NCBI GenBank assembly: GCA_009103225.1
Contig: RHPI01000260.1
Coordinates: 568,203 to 632,202 of the forward strand
Direction: 5' to 3'
DNA from: Chlorokybus atmophyticus
Lineage: Eukaryota > Plantae > Mesostigma and Chlorokybus algae
Length of the DNA: 64,000 nucleotides
The notes under the pieces are model-generated. The model did no database searches. It worked only from the letters and a program-made list of their open reading frames with translations, and had not been told where the DNA came from. The position numbers and the translations under genes are program-made. This document shows, one piece after another, positions 25,805-38,330 of the stretch; the first letter of the stretch is position 1; each line of letters opens with the position of its first letter.

Positions 25805-28800
25805 TCACAATGCCTGCACTTGCGGCGTGATATCCCCTGCTGGAGCAGCACACGTGTTGTCTGCTTCAGCACCATCTGCGCGTACGCGCTTTGACCGCTC
25901 CTGTGGATCACCGCGCAGCATGTGCAACCATTGATCTGTCGGTGGTGGCACTGTCCCGGCTGCCATGCAACCGAAGATGCCCAATGCCACATTCCGAAGC
26001 GAGCGAGGCCAGCTCTGAACTACCGCGTTCTCTTCTGGGTGCAGGTAAAGGCTCGCGCGGTGGACACAAGCTGACGGGATGTCGCCGCTTTGCACGGCCT
26101 CCTCCCATGGCAACGGTGCGGGCGAGGACACCGCCATGCAAGTGTACAACAGAGACTCGATGTCTGCAAATGAGGAAGACACCCTCCCTGTTAGAAGCCA
26201 CTCATCTGACGTGTACAGAGCGTGCCCCAGAGGCTGGTCTGCCAGCTGCAGCGCAACTCGCAGCTCCCAGATCGAACAGATAATATCGGTCGCGCGTGCA
26301 GGTGTCATGGCTGCCACCCTCAATGACACCCACATTATATGGGCACACATCATTGTGGAACACACCCCGCGAGTGCAAGAAGGCTAAGCCTTCCATAAGG
26401 TCCTCCGCCAGTGTCTGGACGGCTGCAGGCCCCAATATCGGCAGCCTTACCGCTCCTTGCTGCACCAATGCGCGTCCGTGCAGTGGTGTGATCACCGCGC
26501 GCGCGCCAGCCATATCAGGAGCGCAGGCAGGAGCCTCCAGCACACCATCATCAATCACCTCCGGCACGCTTTGCAACGCATGCCGCCCCAAGTGCCTCAG
26601 CACAGCAACTTCACGCTCAACCTGCACCAGGGTGCCTGTTGGAATCACAAGCCACAAACAGTTGCGCCGGCCAAGCTGACACATACCTGTGTCCACGGGT
26701 CTAGATTGAGGTGAAGGCGTTGTGCTGCCATAAGGTCGCATGGCTTTGCGCCGACCTTAAGCAAACATCGACCTGTGGGTGACGCCAAACCCACTTGTGT
26801 GCTAGCAACGACGTCAACGGCATAGGTGGCTCCTAACGCGTGGAGCTTGGTCAGTTGTGCCACAATCCGGAGCGTGTATGTGCCGGTAGCTGACCGCACA
26901 AGAATGGGTTCGTGCTCTGGGAGTATTGCACAACCCGAGGCGCCTGCTCTGCGCAGCACAAAGCTGATTGCCATAAAGCAACAATGAGCGAGCTCCTGCA
27001 AAGTATGCACACGCATAAAGCGACATGCTTGAAGCAAGCAACTGAATACACTTGTCTTGCAAGGACAGGGCATACTAGCGGATGCATTGCATACCTTGAA
27101 ACCTGGTGACGTGGGATCCACTAAGTGTTCGCCGTGCTCTTCATCTCCAGCGTATCTCAGAGGTGTTTGAGTGCGCATCATTTCACCGCGCGCGCGCCTC
27201 TCCAACACCACACCAACCACATGCTGGCTGTCAACTAGAGCACAAGGCAATCTCAATGTATGAACGCGCCTCTCGTTGGCAGCGATTTTCCACCCAGCAA
27301 CGAGTTGGCCAAGTCTGCACCAAATCTTATAAGAATCTTCCACGCAATGACTGGTGCTACATAGCAACTAGCCAGCACTAGCACGCACCCCTGATTGCAT
27401 GACGTGTTGTCTTGCAAACTGTCTATGTACTCTATGAGGAGTTGCACATGTACGTGCAGCTGCTGTGAGTTTCGTGCCTGCGAAGGTACACCGGTTGACT
27501 CAGCATGCGCGAAGCACTGCATGCCACAGAACATCTCCTACCTCTGGCGTGAATCCGCACCAGGCAATGTCGGGTCGGATGCCCCTAGTGCCGGCCCTAT
27601 TGCGATGCGAAATACCTCCCGGTGGACTAAGTTGCAGGCCGGGGTAGGCAGCTTGACAGATGTTTTCCATCACTCTCTCGATGAGGTTGGCGATCTGGCG
27701 GTACACCAATGCGCCTTCCCTCGTCTCATTTGTAATGTGGGAAATGCAAACATTTGACACCGCCTGCACAGCCTTCTGGTGCTCCTCCCAAAATTTGGCG
27801 AAGGGCTCGCTGCACTCGTCATGGTCGCAGACAGAGGCCACCGCGCGCACAATGTTGCTCTGTTGAAAATCGCTCCAAACAGCTGCGTAGGACCTGGACC
27901 CTAATCCCATCGCTGCATATAGAAGGGCATATTAACATGCACGGTCTACACAAGGCAACTCAGCTCACACAGAGACACCAAGGATTACCTGCAGGAATGA
28001 CGGCCTTCACGTGCAGAGTAGAAGAGGCCAACCACAGTTCCAGCAACTCCGCCTGTGTCATCGAGTCATTCAAAGTCAACCAGCCCGTTCCTTCTTGGTT
28101 GCGCACCCAAAACTCCGCATCCAGCGCGCCCTGGCGCGCTGCTCCGCCGTCTAGGATTGCACTGACAAGTGCTTGAGGACTGTCCACAGGCATCCGCTCC
28201 CGCAGTTCGTACCACTGCGAAACATCCTCCTGGTGGTTGTCAACCACCGCCCACATCACTGACAACACTAACCAGCCAATTTATTGCACCAGATTTGCAC
28301 TTGATATTGCAGCAACCAATTGTTGGCAACGCATGCAACCTAGATAAGAAATTGTTGTTGACACAACGGTTGACTTGGCAGATGCAGCCCTTGTAAGAAG
28401 TGTTACCTGAAGCACGCTGCGTACGACGCTGCGTAGCTGCGTAGGACGTGGACCCTTCTCCCAGTGCTGCATATAGAAGGAAAATCAACATGCACGGTCT
28501 ACGCAAGGCAACTCAACTCACACAGCGACACCAAGAATGGGGTGCACAATATTCGCACATACAACGGCTTAAAGTGGTTGCTTTGCGACAATGATGGAAA
28601 TGTTTAGTACAATGCGGGTGCCTATATTCCCACCTGGCATGATGACCTTAACGCGCAAATCGGAGGAGGGCGACACCAAGTCCAAAAACCGCGCCACTGG
28701 CATGGAGTCACTCAGAACCCGCCAGCTGTCCTCCTCTTCTTTGCGTACAAGGAATCCCGCATTGCGCACGTCCTGCAGGCCATATGTGCGGGCTTGCTGC

Positions 28801-28949
28801 AGGATTTCTCTTATAAGCGCATCGGGACCATCCACAGGGACCGTCTGCATTTCAATCCAGTTGTTGCCAACGTCCTCCCGCATGTTGCTAACCAAAGCCC
28901 ACAACACTTTGGGTATGACCACCGCCGTCCCCGTCGCTGATGTCGCCAT
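25805..28949 (-). pseudogene. CR-like protein K1: two ubiquitin-like headers + nuclease-like + kinase, frameshifted
   Basis: RPDIAWCG, LLIEYI (K lost), HNDVCPYNV, FDLG, DIESLLY, LPW. Frameshift after FDLGAASC (~26255): the kinase continues in a different frame. Confidence 0.75.
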
Positions 28950-29726
28950 TGCCGCCTGCACACTGCCCTCTGCGCATCCAACATTTGTGCGTGAGTTCTC
29001 CAATTAAGCAGACGACTATAACACCCACACTAACACCTCCGACCAGCACAGCATATGGGTAGCAGAGTATGCAGCATATACACACTTAAACAAACCGAGC
29101 AAACGTGCACGAGCACGCGCACAGGACGCAGAGCAGAGCACAAGCACACAAAGCAAGTACAAACGCTTTCACAGAGCCGACACATACACACGCATAGTAC
29201 AAAACACACACACTCACAACACTACTACTCTGCTTACACCCAGAACGCAGAGCAGTCATACACCAAAACCGAGTGTAAACGCACACAAACCATCACCACC
29301 ACCACCACCAGCGGACGCACAGCACAAGCGCATGGCATACATTGACGCTGAGACACGCATGGCAGCACACAGCACAGGACAAACACATCAACTCCCAGCC
29401 AGCTGAGTACTTGACCCAAAAGGCTGGCTAGCGGCGGGCTCCAGCTATTTGAAATGCAAACAGCAGCATCAGCAGGCAGGCGTGAGTACGACACAACAAC
29501 AGTAGCCTGTCCCCTACCTGTCGTAGCAAGAGCAGAGCAGAAGGGCGGTGAGAAAGCGTAAGGATGGGATAACAAAATTGCCGCCACCCACCACCACTAC
29601 ACCTACAGTCCGTTCGCCCTTCGACAACTACCGACAACTGCTGCTCTGTTTGATGAACTTTGATAGGGTTTCCGAGGGTTTTAGGGTCGTCTCCAAGTAA
29701 GCTGCGTTAGTGCTATTCGTTTTGCC

Positions 29727-29729
<3 letters not shown>

Positions 29730-29760
<31 letters not shown>
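29730..29760 (+). repeat. (GAC)10 microsatellite
   Basis: Read directly; absent at the homologous site near 51445. Confidence 0.95.
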
Positions 29761-29761
<1 letters not shown>

Positions 29762-30269
29762 TCCTCGTGGTTGAATGTTAACGCAACCTTTCTCTATTCT
29801 ACAAAACATGTACTAACGCAGTGTCTTGCAGTATGTTGAAAGTCATCGACAAGCTTATATCTCAGGGCGTGCTGACATGCGCACCACACCAACAACAATT
29901 GTATCACAACTCAATACTACCAGTACTACACATCACGCGCGATCGACTGTACTGGGTAGGCAGCGGTACAATGTACGTGGTTATGTCCCCCGTCATGCGG
30001 GAAGTTATACCAACACAACACACGTGTGTTGCAGTTCCAATCGCACATGCTCATGCGCTGAATGGCGCGGCGCGGTATGCATGAACCTGACCAAACCATA
30101 TTTCTCTTACAGCAATGCTCTTGCGTGCGCTGTGTAATCTAGGCCTGAGTCTACAACCCCACACGCAGCAGCACACCCCGCATGCCAGCAGTAGTACAGT
30201 GGAACCACTTTCGAGTCAGAGTATATATACAATCAGCATTGAGCAAGCTACAAGAACCTCTACAACTGA

Positions 30270-31151
30270 TTAAACAGCAGCCAGGTCCTTGACCTTGGCC
30301 AGAATCATGTCATCGGTAGTGAAGTCTGCCGCTTTTCTGAATGTGCCTCGCTCAAAGTCCTTCTCATACGAGTCTTTCAGACCCGCAATCAGGTCAAACT
30401 CTGAGGACCACGTGAGGTCCTTCTTTGCCGTCTTGATCGATGTGAAGAAATGCTGATTGCACAGGACAGGTGTTGGAAAAACAAAGTGCAGGCTGATAAT
30501 AATAAGCATGACTATCTCCATGGATGATGAGAAAGGGTTTTTGCTATGAGTAGTACGCTGTGCGTGCATGTGTGTGTGTCTCACCAGATCATGCAGGGGG
30601 AATGCCTTGGCCTTGCGAAAATCATACTCTTTCGAATTGTAGTGCACCAGTTCTGGCGCGGGTGCTCCTGCCGCCTGCGCAAACAAAACCACTTCAGCTT
30701 CCTTAGTGCGCAACTTGAACGCATGAAGCCTCGGGCACATGGTGCTTTGATGTGCCCGAACACATACACATCCAATGACGAATCTATTGGACAACCATCA
30801 AAACTCACACATGACGTATCTCAGCGCACGCGCATGCAAGGCCAAAAAAGGTGACATACTTGTCGCCGGAGATGTTGTACACCTGGTTGTAGGCCTTGGA
30901 GTTGCCAAGGATCTGGATGTCCTGAGGACAAACGCCCGTGCCAAGTCCTGTATGACAGGTGATGTGACAGAGACAAAGGCACAGACGTACAAACACACAG
31001 CCACAGTCACGCTAACACAAATGCAACCACACACTCGCACACAAGCATGCACAATTGCACAAAGTGCGACCACGACCTGCCGCACACGCACACATCCCAC
31101 ACACTAACTCCAACTTGCACGTACGCCGGCACACATACCCACGCGCTTACG
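30270..31151 (-). pseudogene. CSP41B: CSP41b 3' part (last three exons), truncated by the inserted element
   Basis: Homologous to 4365-5240. An 11-nt frameshifting insertion lies at ~30914-30924. Homology stops at acgcgcttacg (31151). Confidence 0.9.
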
Positions 31152-31712
31152 TCGCAAATTTTACACGGTGACTGACTAAAGACTGAGGGACTGACTGGTG
31201 CCTGAGCCTGCCTGAGCCTGCATGTTGCTGCCTGAAATATTACTTTTGGACTGTTGGGTTTGCCGTTGGCTTAAGTGGACTGACGCAGACGGCCGCGGGC
31301 CGAAAGTGGTTGTCAGTGGCACTAACCGGTCAAGAGTTGTCAACCAGCTACCCTTCGGTCGATGTGCACAGACGGCCGTTGACCGGTAGTTACGGACAGC
31401 TGACAGCAATAGCCGGCAGTTTCTTTGCCGTTACACTGCTGTTAATATGTGACCCTTGCCATTTGACAAAAGTTGGCAATTCTTGCCGTAAGCCAACACT
31501 AACATGCCATGCAGCTTGTACAAACCTTGGACTGATTGTTTGGTCTTGCACCTAAAAGCCCACAATATATACAATGTACGGGCAGTGGTGAGAGTATGTC
31601 CACTTACAACTGAGCAGCTGACTTGCGCATGAAACTATCCTATAACATTGAGTCTAGCTGTCGGACTCATGCGCAGCTTGTCAACCCGTTGTACCTGCCT
31701 CAGAACTCCTCC

Positions 31713-32559
31713 TCAAACCCCCTCCTCCTGTTCCTCCTCCGACGAGTCTTCTGCTTTAACGCCGGAGTCATCTTCATCCGCTGCCTCGCTCGCTGTCAGT
31801 ACAGCGGCTACTTCGTCCTTCAGCTTGAATGTCAGCGCCTCGCCGTGCACGCGCATGCGCTTGATGGTCGCTTTGAGAGTGACCACCTGCATTTGGTAAT
31901 GCTGTAAGAGTGGCGTGCTGCCAGAGGACTAGCCCATCAGCATACACACGCTTACCTCGTCTTCCGCTTTGTTGCACTCCGCCAGGCAGACAGTCAGCCT
32001 GCCGCGCTGCTCTTGGTTCACTCTGACCAACATGGCAATCTGCAAGCATACTGCTTAATTACCGCTGGAAACATTCAACTAGGTCATAGATTACCCGTTC
32101 GTTTGACTTCGCAGCTTCTCTTTTGCGACTTGTGAGCTCCCGCAAGTAGAAATAGGCTGTGCATTTGCGAGATTGGTCATGCTGTTCATGTGCATGACAC
32201 TGGAGGTTGTGCATGAGGGTGTGCATGTCGTATTGACAATGTATGTCAAGTGCAAGATACTTGAGGCTGTGCATGTGCAAGATAAAAGAACCCTAGCATG
32301 TGGCATTGACAGTGCATCGTAACCCACCTTGGTTATGCCAGTCTTGTTTGGTCCCTTCAATCATGTCGCCGTGGTCGCAGCTGCTGGTGGGTCGGATTTT
32401 CTTAGAGGCAGTATTGTGGTGTGCCTTTGCCCACTCGGAGGGGGAGCCCTGTAAGATATCGCCCGAGTCACTGTTGTCATTAGATGTGCCCTTGGTAGTC
32501 TTGGTGGGGTTTGACACCGAGGACACCCCTCCGGCACCCTGCCCGCCCTGTGCAAACAT
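31713..32559 (-). CDS. Small spliced hypothetical protein with acidic C-terminus
   Basis: Four exons join in frame via GT-AG sites: ...DWHNQ|AYFYLRELTSRKREAAKSNER|IAMLVRVNQEQ...KAEDE|HYQMQVV...DEDDSGVKAEDSSEEEQEEGV*. Start codon uncertain. Confidence 0.5.
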
Positions 32560-35500
32560 GGAATTCATCCCGGACCTCGACCACAATGCCCACTACGCCC
32601 CTGGCAGCGCCGCCAACGATCTTCCAAACGCCACATACCCTCGGCATCACGCCCCTGTAAGGGCATAGCTTGGCGGAGCTATCAATGGTGTTTTCATGCG
32701 CAGGGGGACTGACATTGCCAGAGTTGTCAATGGTACGAACTGCCATTGCCATTGTACAAAGGTACCATTTCAATNNNNNNNNNNNNNNNNNNNNNNNNNN
32801 NNNNNNNNNNNNNNNNNNNNNNNNNNNNNNNNNNNNNNNNNNNNNNNNNNNNNNNNNNNNNNNNNNNNNNNNNNNNNNNNNNNNNNNNNNNNNNNNNNNN
32901 NNNNNNNNNNNNNNNNNNNNNNNNNNNNNNNNNNNNNNNNNNNNNNNNNNNNNNNNNNNNNNNNNNNNNNNNNNNNNNNNNNNNNNNNNNNNNNNNNNNN
33001 NNNNNNNNNNNNNNNNNNNNNNNNNNNNNNNNNNNNNNNNNNNNNNNNNNNNNNNNNNNNNNNNNNNNNNNNNNNNNNNNNNNNNNNNNNNNNNNNNNNN
33101 NNNNNNNNNNNNNNNNNNNNNNNNNNNNNNNNNNNNNNNNNNNNNNNNNNNNNNNNNNNNNNNNNNNNNNNNNNNNNNNNNNNNNNNNNNNNNNNNNNNN
33201 NNNNNNNNNNNNNNNNNNNNNNNNNNNNNNNNNNNNNNNNNNNNNNNNNNNNNNNNNNNNNNNNNNNNNNNNNNNNNNNNNNNNNNNNNNNNNNNNNNNN
33301 NNNNNNNNNNNNNNNNNNNNNNNNNNNNNNNNNNNNNNNNNNNNNNNNNNNNNNNNNNNNNNNNNNNNNNNNNNNNNNNNNNNNNNNNNNNNNNNNNNNN
33401 NNNNNNNNNNNNNNNNNNNNNNNNNNNNNNNNNNNNNNNNNNNNNNNNNNNNNNNNNNNNNNNNNNNNNNNNNNNNNNNNNNNNNNNNNNNNNNNNNNNN
33501 NNNNNNNNNNNNNNNNNNNNNNNNNNNNNNNNNNNNNNNNNNNNNNNGCAGTGGCATTCGTGCAGTGCAACAACGGCCAAGGCCTGTCGGCCTCCGACAT
33601 GGGGCGGATCATCAAGTGCATCCGAAATGCACACTTCCTGACGGAAGAGCCCCAGTGGGAGACCGGTGTGCATGTGGCCAGCTACCTCCGGACCACGATT
33701 GCTTTCTCTCAGTCTAAGGTGTGTTCACGGTGTGCGGTGCATGTGCTTCAACCATCAGAGCCATGTCACATATGCACATGCGAGTGTGCTGCCGTATCAG
33801 AACTACGTGACGGCTGACCTGCGCAAGCCTGGAGACCCTGAGGATCAGGACATCTGCGTCACATATATGCCGGCCAAGGTCTGTGAAATGCAGTACCTAA
33901 TGCAGTATCGATGCAGTATCTATTCTGAGGCCAGCATAGTAAGTAATGCTCTTGGTCGGAGCAGGTATGGCTCGCGCGGTTGTATGGCAATCCACATGCC
34001 GCCAATGGCTTCAATCTCCAGTACACTGGTGACGAGCACAGCTTTGGCCATCCTTCCACGGGCGATTGGTGGAAGGATGTGGAGGTGGATTTGAGGAGAG
34101 AGGTGGGGGAAGCGTCCTACTTGGCGCCTGCCATTCTGTACAGTGACAAGACCACGCTGGACAGCGCGGGCAAGCGCTCTGGCTACCCTCTGATGGCATC
34201 GCTTGCCAACTACAGTTGGGACATGTATGCTAGCAACATGGGGGTTGTTATGATAGCGCTTCTGCCGGTGGTTCACGCAGTGGCCGGGCATCCCACTTGG
34301 GCGCAGGGCAAGGAATCGTTCTCCATTCGGAAACGTGTGATTTTTCATGACGCTTTGAATGTAGTGTTAGGGGATGTGAAGCGGGCGAGTTGGGAAGGTA
34401 TGCAGCTCATCGACCCGGAATGGCATCGAGCGTCGTGTGTTTCCCGCGCTTGCCAACTACATCAGCGATTTGCAGGTAGTGGGCATGAATGGTTGTAACC
34501 GGATGCAGCCCGCCAGCAAACAGTGCATGGAGGATGTTGTCAGTAGAACATCTGAGTTTGTCGTGTTGTAGGAGACTGCCACACTCGCACGCACTGTGTC
34601 GGGCAACCAAACACGACATCCTTGCGATGTTTGTCTCGTCACCAAATCAAATCTGTTGGAGATGGATGAGGACCGGGAATTGAGAACCGAGGTCTTCTAC
34701 ACACCAGCAATACGTCAGCTGCGGGCGGACCTGCATAGCGGTGTTAGGAATGCACGCCAGACAGCCAAGGCTTTCAAAGAGCAGCACTCCATGCATATTG
34801 AGGAGGTAATGGTCAAATTACCGGCATTCGTGAGGATGAATGACTTTCCGTGAAACCAGGCAATGTGGTTTGGCAACAGAATGCACTGTGGGGTTGGCGA
34901 CAGTCGCGGGTGCCGGGAGCTGACTGCTACTCTCGTCTTGCCCCTGACGCAATGCATGTGCTGGGAGGCATCATTGACCACCTGCTTGCTGCTGTGTACG
35001 ACGCCGCGAAGGAACGAATGCGTCCATCCACGAGACAGATTCTGCAGGCCAGGCACGTCTTTGGTGTTGCTTTTGTGTTGAACACAAAAGCCAACAACAC
35101 GTGCTCACGAGCAGATGTGCACAGGCTGAATGCATGCAAGGCGACTCTGCGGGTTTCGCACTTCAAGGCACCCACAAGCACAGTAGATTTCTTCCTGTCC
35201 GACCACTCCTTTCAGGTGGTGGAGAAAGTGGCGGTGCTGCAGCTGCTGCCGGTCCTCGCAGACGGTTTGCTGCTCGACAGTGAGGGCAACGATTTCTTCA
35301 CCATTGCTGCCGCATTGCTTGCCTAGTGGAACAAGAAGTTGCTGAAGGCGCATGAACACACAAGAGAGACCCTGACCACAGCCGACAACGAGCTGGCTGC
35401 CTTCAAAGCTGCAGTGTTGCATCCGCTACTGTCGTCATATTCTGCACAGAACTCAGGTTGGAAGATCGAGAAGATGCATCAGCTCACTCATTTTGGGCCG

Positions 35501-36337
35501 GCAATTGTCAGCAGTGGACACGCAGATTGGTTCAGCGCCAACCGCATGGAGCATACGCACGCTCAAAATATCAAACGGTGGGCGCGTGATGGCAACAACC
35601 GGGACTACCAGGCACGTATCCTGAAGGCATGGAGCTGTGCGGAATATGTGAGAGAGGATGGCATGGTCGTGGATCCCGAGATGCGCTCGGTCATGGCGCA
35701 GGCGCGGCAGCAGTGCTGTAATGTCATGGAGAAGACGGACAAGTTGCTACGGATGGATGTGCTGACAAGGAGGGAGTCCAGCCCGTACTGGAGCGGATCT
35801 GCGCGTAGCCGCCAAGTCGCCTTGAAGACTCCATTTGCCGACAAGCTGCCTGCCACCCTGGACAGCTGGTTGAGGAGGGAACAACTGGAGTTGGCCGACG
35901 GGTGGCGTGCTGTTCGCGTGGTGAACGGAGGCGCAGCGGTGTACATGACATCAGGAGTCAGCATGGCGCGCGCAACTGGGATGTTCCATGGGCGGCCTTG
36001 GTTCTCTACACTTGAGTTGGAAGGTGATGAGGACGGTGTGAACGTGACGTGGTGGGCTCAGGCACTCCTTTTTTTGCGCGTGGTGGTGTGGGGTGGTAGC
36101 GGCGAGCGCGTGTGGAAGGAGGTCGTGTTTGTCCGCTGGTACACGAAGCTGGATGTGACGAGCGACACAAAGTGCATCGCTCTGGAATGGGAAAAGCGTC
36201 GAGGCGGTCCACATCTCGATGTCGTGACTCTGGAGCAAGTAAAAGGCATTGTCCAGCTGCTCCCCATGTTTGACAAGGACAGCGCCCGTGTACAAGAGGG
36301 CAAGTATTGGGTGAACGTTTACTGCACTTCCACGTGA
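32558..36337 (+). pseudogene. Plavaka-family transposase, spliced, with a frameshift and a premature stop
   Basis: ILYSDKTTLD..G...YPL..SLAN; ANYISDLQE...CDVC; PDAMHVLGG..DHL; KIEKMHQLTHF...G....FS....EH.H...K; C-terminal WF...VFVRWY. Extra G at 34417-34418 (restored reading IDPNGIERRVFPAL); in-frame TAG at 35324-35326. The 5' part crosses the N gap, so the start is uncertain. Confidence 0.8.
32775..33547. other. Assembly gap (773 N)
   Basis: Run of N. Confidence 1.
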
Positions 36338-36540
36338 CACATGTACTTGTCTCACTACTCTCAGTTTGGAGCATATCAGTCAGTTAGGCATTGCTAATCG
36401 TATGCTAAGACTTTTGCATGTGGACGTGTACAATACCGGGCAGCTGTCACTGCACAACTGTCACCACAATCGAATGATCCATGCAACATTCAACAATCAG
36501 TCCGCCGTGTGGCATTAAGCATCAATACAGTGCACCACAC

Positions 36541-38266
36541 TCAAGCCTCATAGTTCCATGACACAGGAGGGTAGTCACAGCGCATATCCATTGTTTCAAG
36601 CATGAGACGCCCTATGCACTCCGCCATTGCGGGAGGAACTGCATTCGCTATGGAAACGGCCGAGGTCATCCATGGCACTCCCAGCGCTGTTTGCCACGCA
36701 GCAATGCCGCCCCTGGTGCTTGGAAGGCCATAGACCGGGTACATCTGCTGTGGCGCGTTTGATGTCACGATTGTCTTCTTCGCGCTAGCGGACAGGTGCG
36801 GCGATAGCAGTCCAACTGCCTTGCCCGCGTGCGAGCAGCGTGCTGGTGGGGTAGCTACCACTGGCTGTGTCTCAAACAGACGGTGTCGGAAAGTTGATAG
36901 GCCAAACATCGTGCCACAAAGGGACAGATTGGGTCTGAATGAGGAAGCTGCTCCTGGCACATTCTCAATCACAAACTTGACCTGGCTTGCAAGCAGCAGA
37001 CGTCGGACGAGCGGTATCATATCCTGGTGTCTCCAGGATGTGCCATGTGCCGCCCGTTGAGGTGCCGGGATAGCACCTGAATAGGCCTGGCATGGTGGAC
37101 TGGCCCAGATGAGCTCGTACTCGCTCAGCTCTCCTGCACTCAGGGTGCATACATCGCGGTGTATGAAGGGCAGCGGGTACTCAGAGGAGGGACTTATGTC
37201 CATCCCGGTCACGTCAAAGCCTGCGTGGTATAGACCGACACTGGCACCGCCACCGCCGCAGAATAGGTCGAGTGCCCTTGGTCTGCGTGTGCGTCCCAGC
37301 TTGTTGTCAAATGGCGTGTATGTGGTCAAGGCTGGCCGTGGTGCTGGCCAGGGACTAACAATGATGCCGTCCGGGCTTACTTTGCGACTGACGTTCTCCC
37401 CTCCGGCGCGCAGAACATGGCGTGCCCCGTCAACTGATGTGTACGCGAATACGTTGTGCCCTTTGAAGTTGATGGTTTGTGGTCGATCACCGTCATCGAA
37501 TACTATACGGTGCTGCCCTGCAAAGACATTTTCCATTGCACCATGCATATATGATGCGTCCTCAATCTCGCACGCCACGAAGCGATGCTGACCTGACGCT
37601 TGCTTGAATGATTCCACAACGCCCGCATACCATTCCCCATCCAGCGGCCAATGCACCATGACACTCACACCGATCAGCTGCTCGCATCCCAACTTAACTG
37701 CGTTCCGCAGCCGATGCAGTGCGCTGTCCAACGGTCGATGGTCTGCCTCCTCTACAGCGGCCAGGGGATGGAACTGCCCACGCCCACACCGTGCAAGACT
37801 GCTCTGAATGCGACAACAGCTTCAACATGCATGAAATAAGCATACGCCCAACATAACATGCAGTGATACGTCGCGGTCCACTCTTGTGGATTACCTCCAC
37901 AGCATCCACCACCTGTCCACTAACCACATGTCCCGGTGTTGTCCATGTGAAGAAGCGCATGGGTTCCCCTCGCCACTCGAAGCATGAGCGCGAGCACGAT
38001 TCGCACACGCACTGCACGCAATGGAAAAACTCGGGTTCCTTGCACAGCACTTGGCCGAGGCGGCAGCCAAACACGTCGACATTGTGTGTGGTGTGATGCC
38101 AGCAAGCAGCACTAAAACCGTGGCACACTGTCTGCACTCGCTGGCATTCGGTCAAGTGTGCTCGCATTTGCTGCCTACGGCCATTGGCACATACGTATGC
38201 ATTGCATTGTGGGCACACAAAGCATGGTCTCCTAGGTGAGGGTGATTCAACTGCTGCCGCCGACAT
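36541..38266 (-). CDS. Cys-rich region + Tudor domain + phage/actinobacterial-type C5 DNA cytosine methyltransferase; 3 exons, 519 aa, intact
   Basis: Exons 38266-37895, 37803-37593, 37517-36541 total 1560 nt. Tudor-like VHWPLDGEWYAGVV...HRIVFDDGD. MTase motifs: I LDLFCGGGG, IV SPPCQ, VI VIENV, VIII CGTMFGL..FRHRLFE, X IANAVPP. Confidence 0.9.
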
Positions 38267-38330
38267 TATGCAAAATAAAAATCGGCACGGCTGCCCACAA
38301 ACTGAGCGAGACTTTAAGGTATGGGCATCA

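Noticed and set aside
29670-29690. ttttaggg motif as a telomere remnant
   Set aside because: Single copy, not an array.
32480-33817. Six long ORFs of 276-397 aa across the gap
   Set aside because: They are runs of X from the N gap; only short flanking exons are real.
36541-37517. Bacterial or phage contamination as the source of the MTase
   Set aside because: The domain is joined in frame to upstream exons by GT-AG introns and lies among spliced genes.
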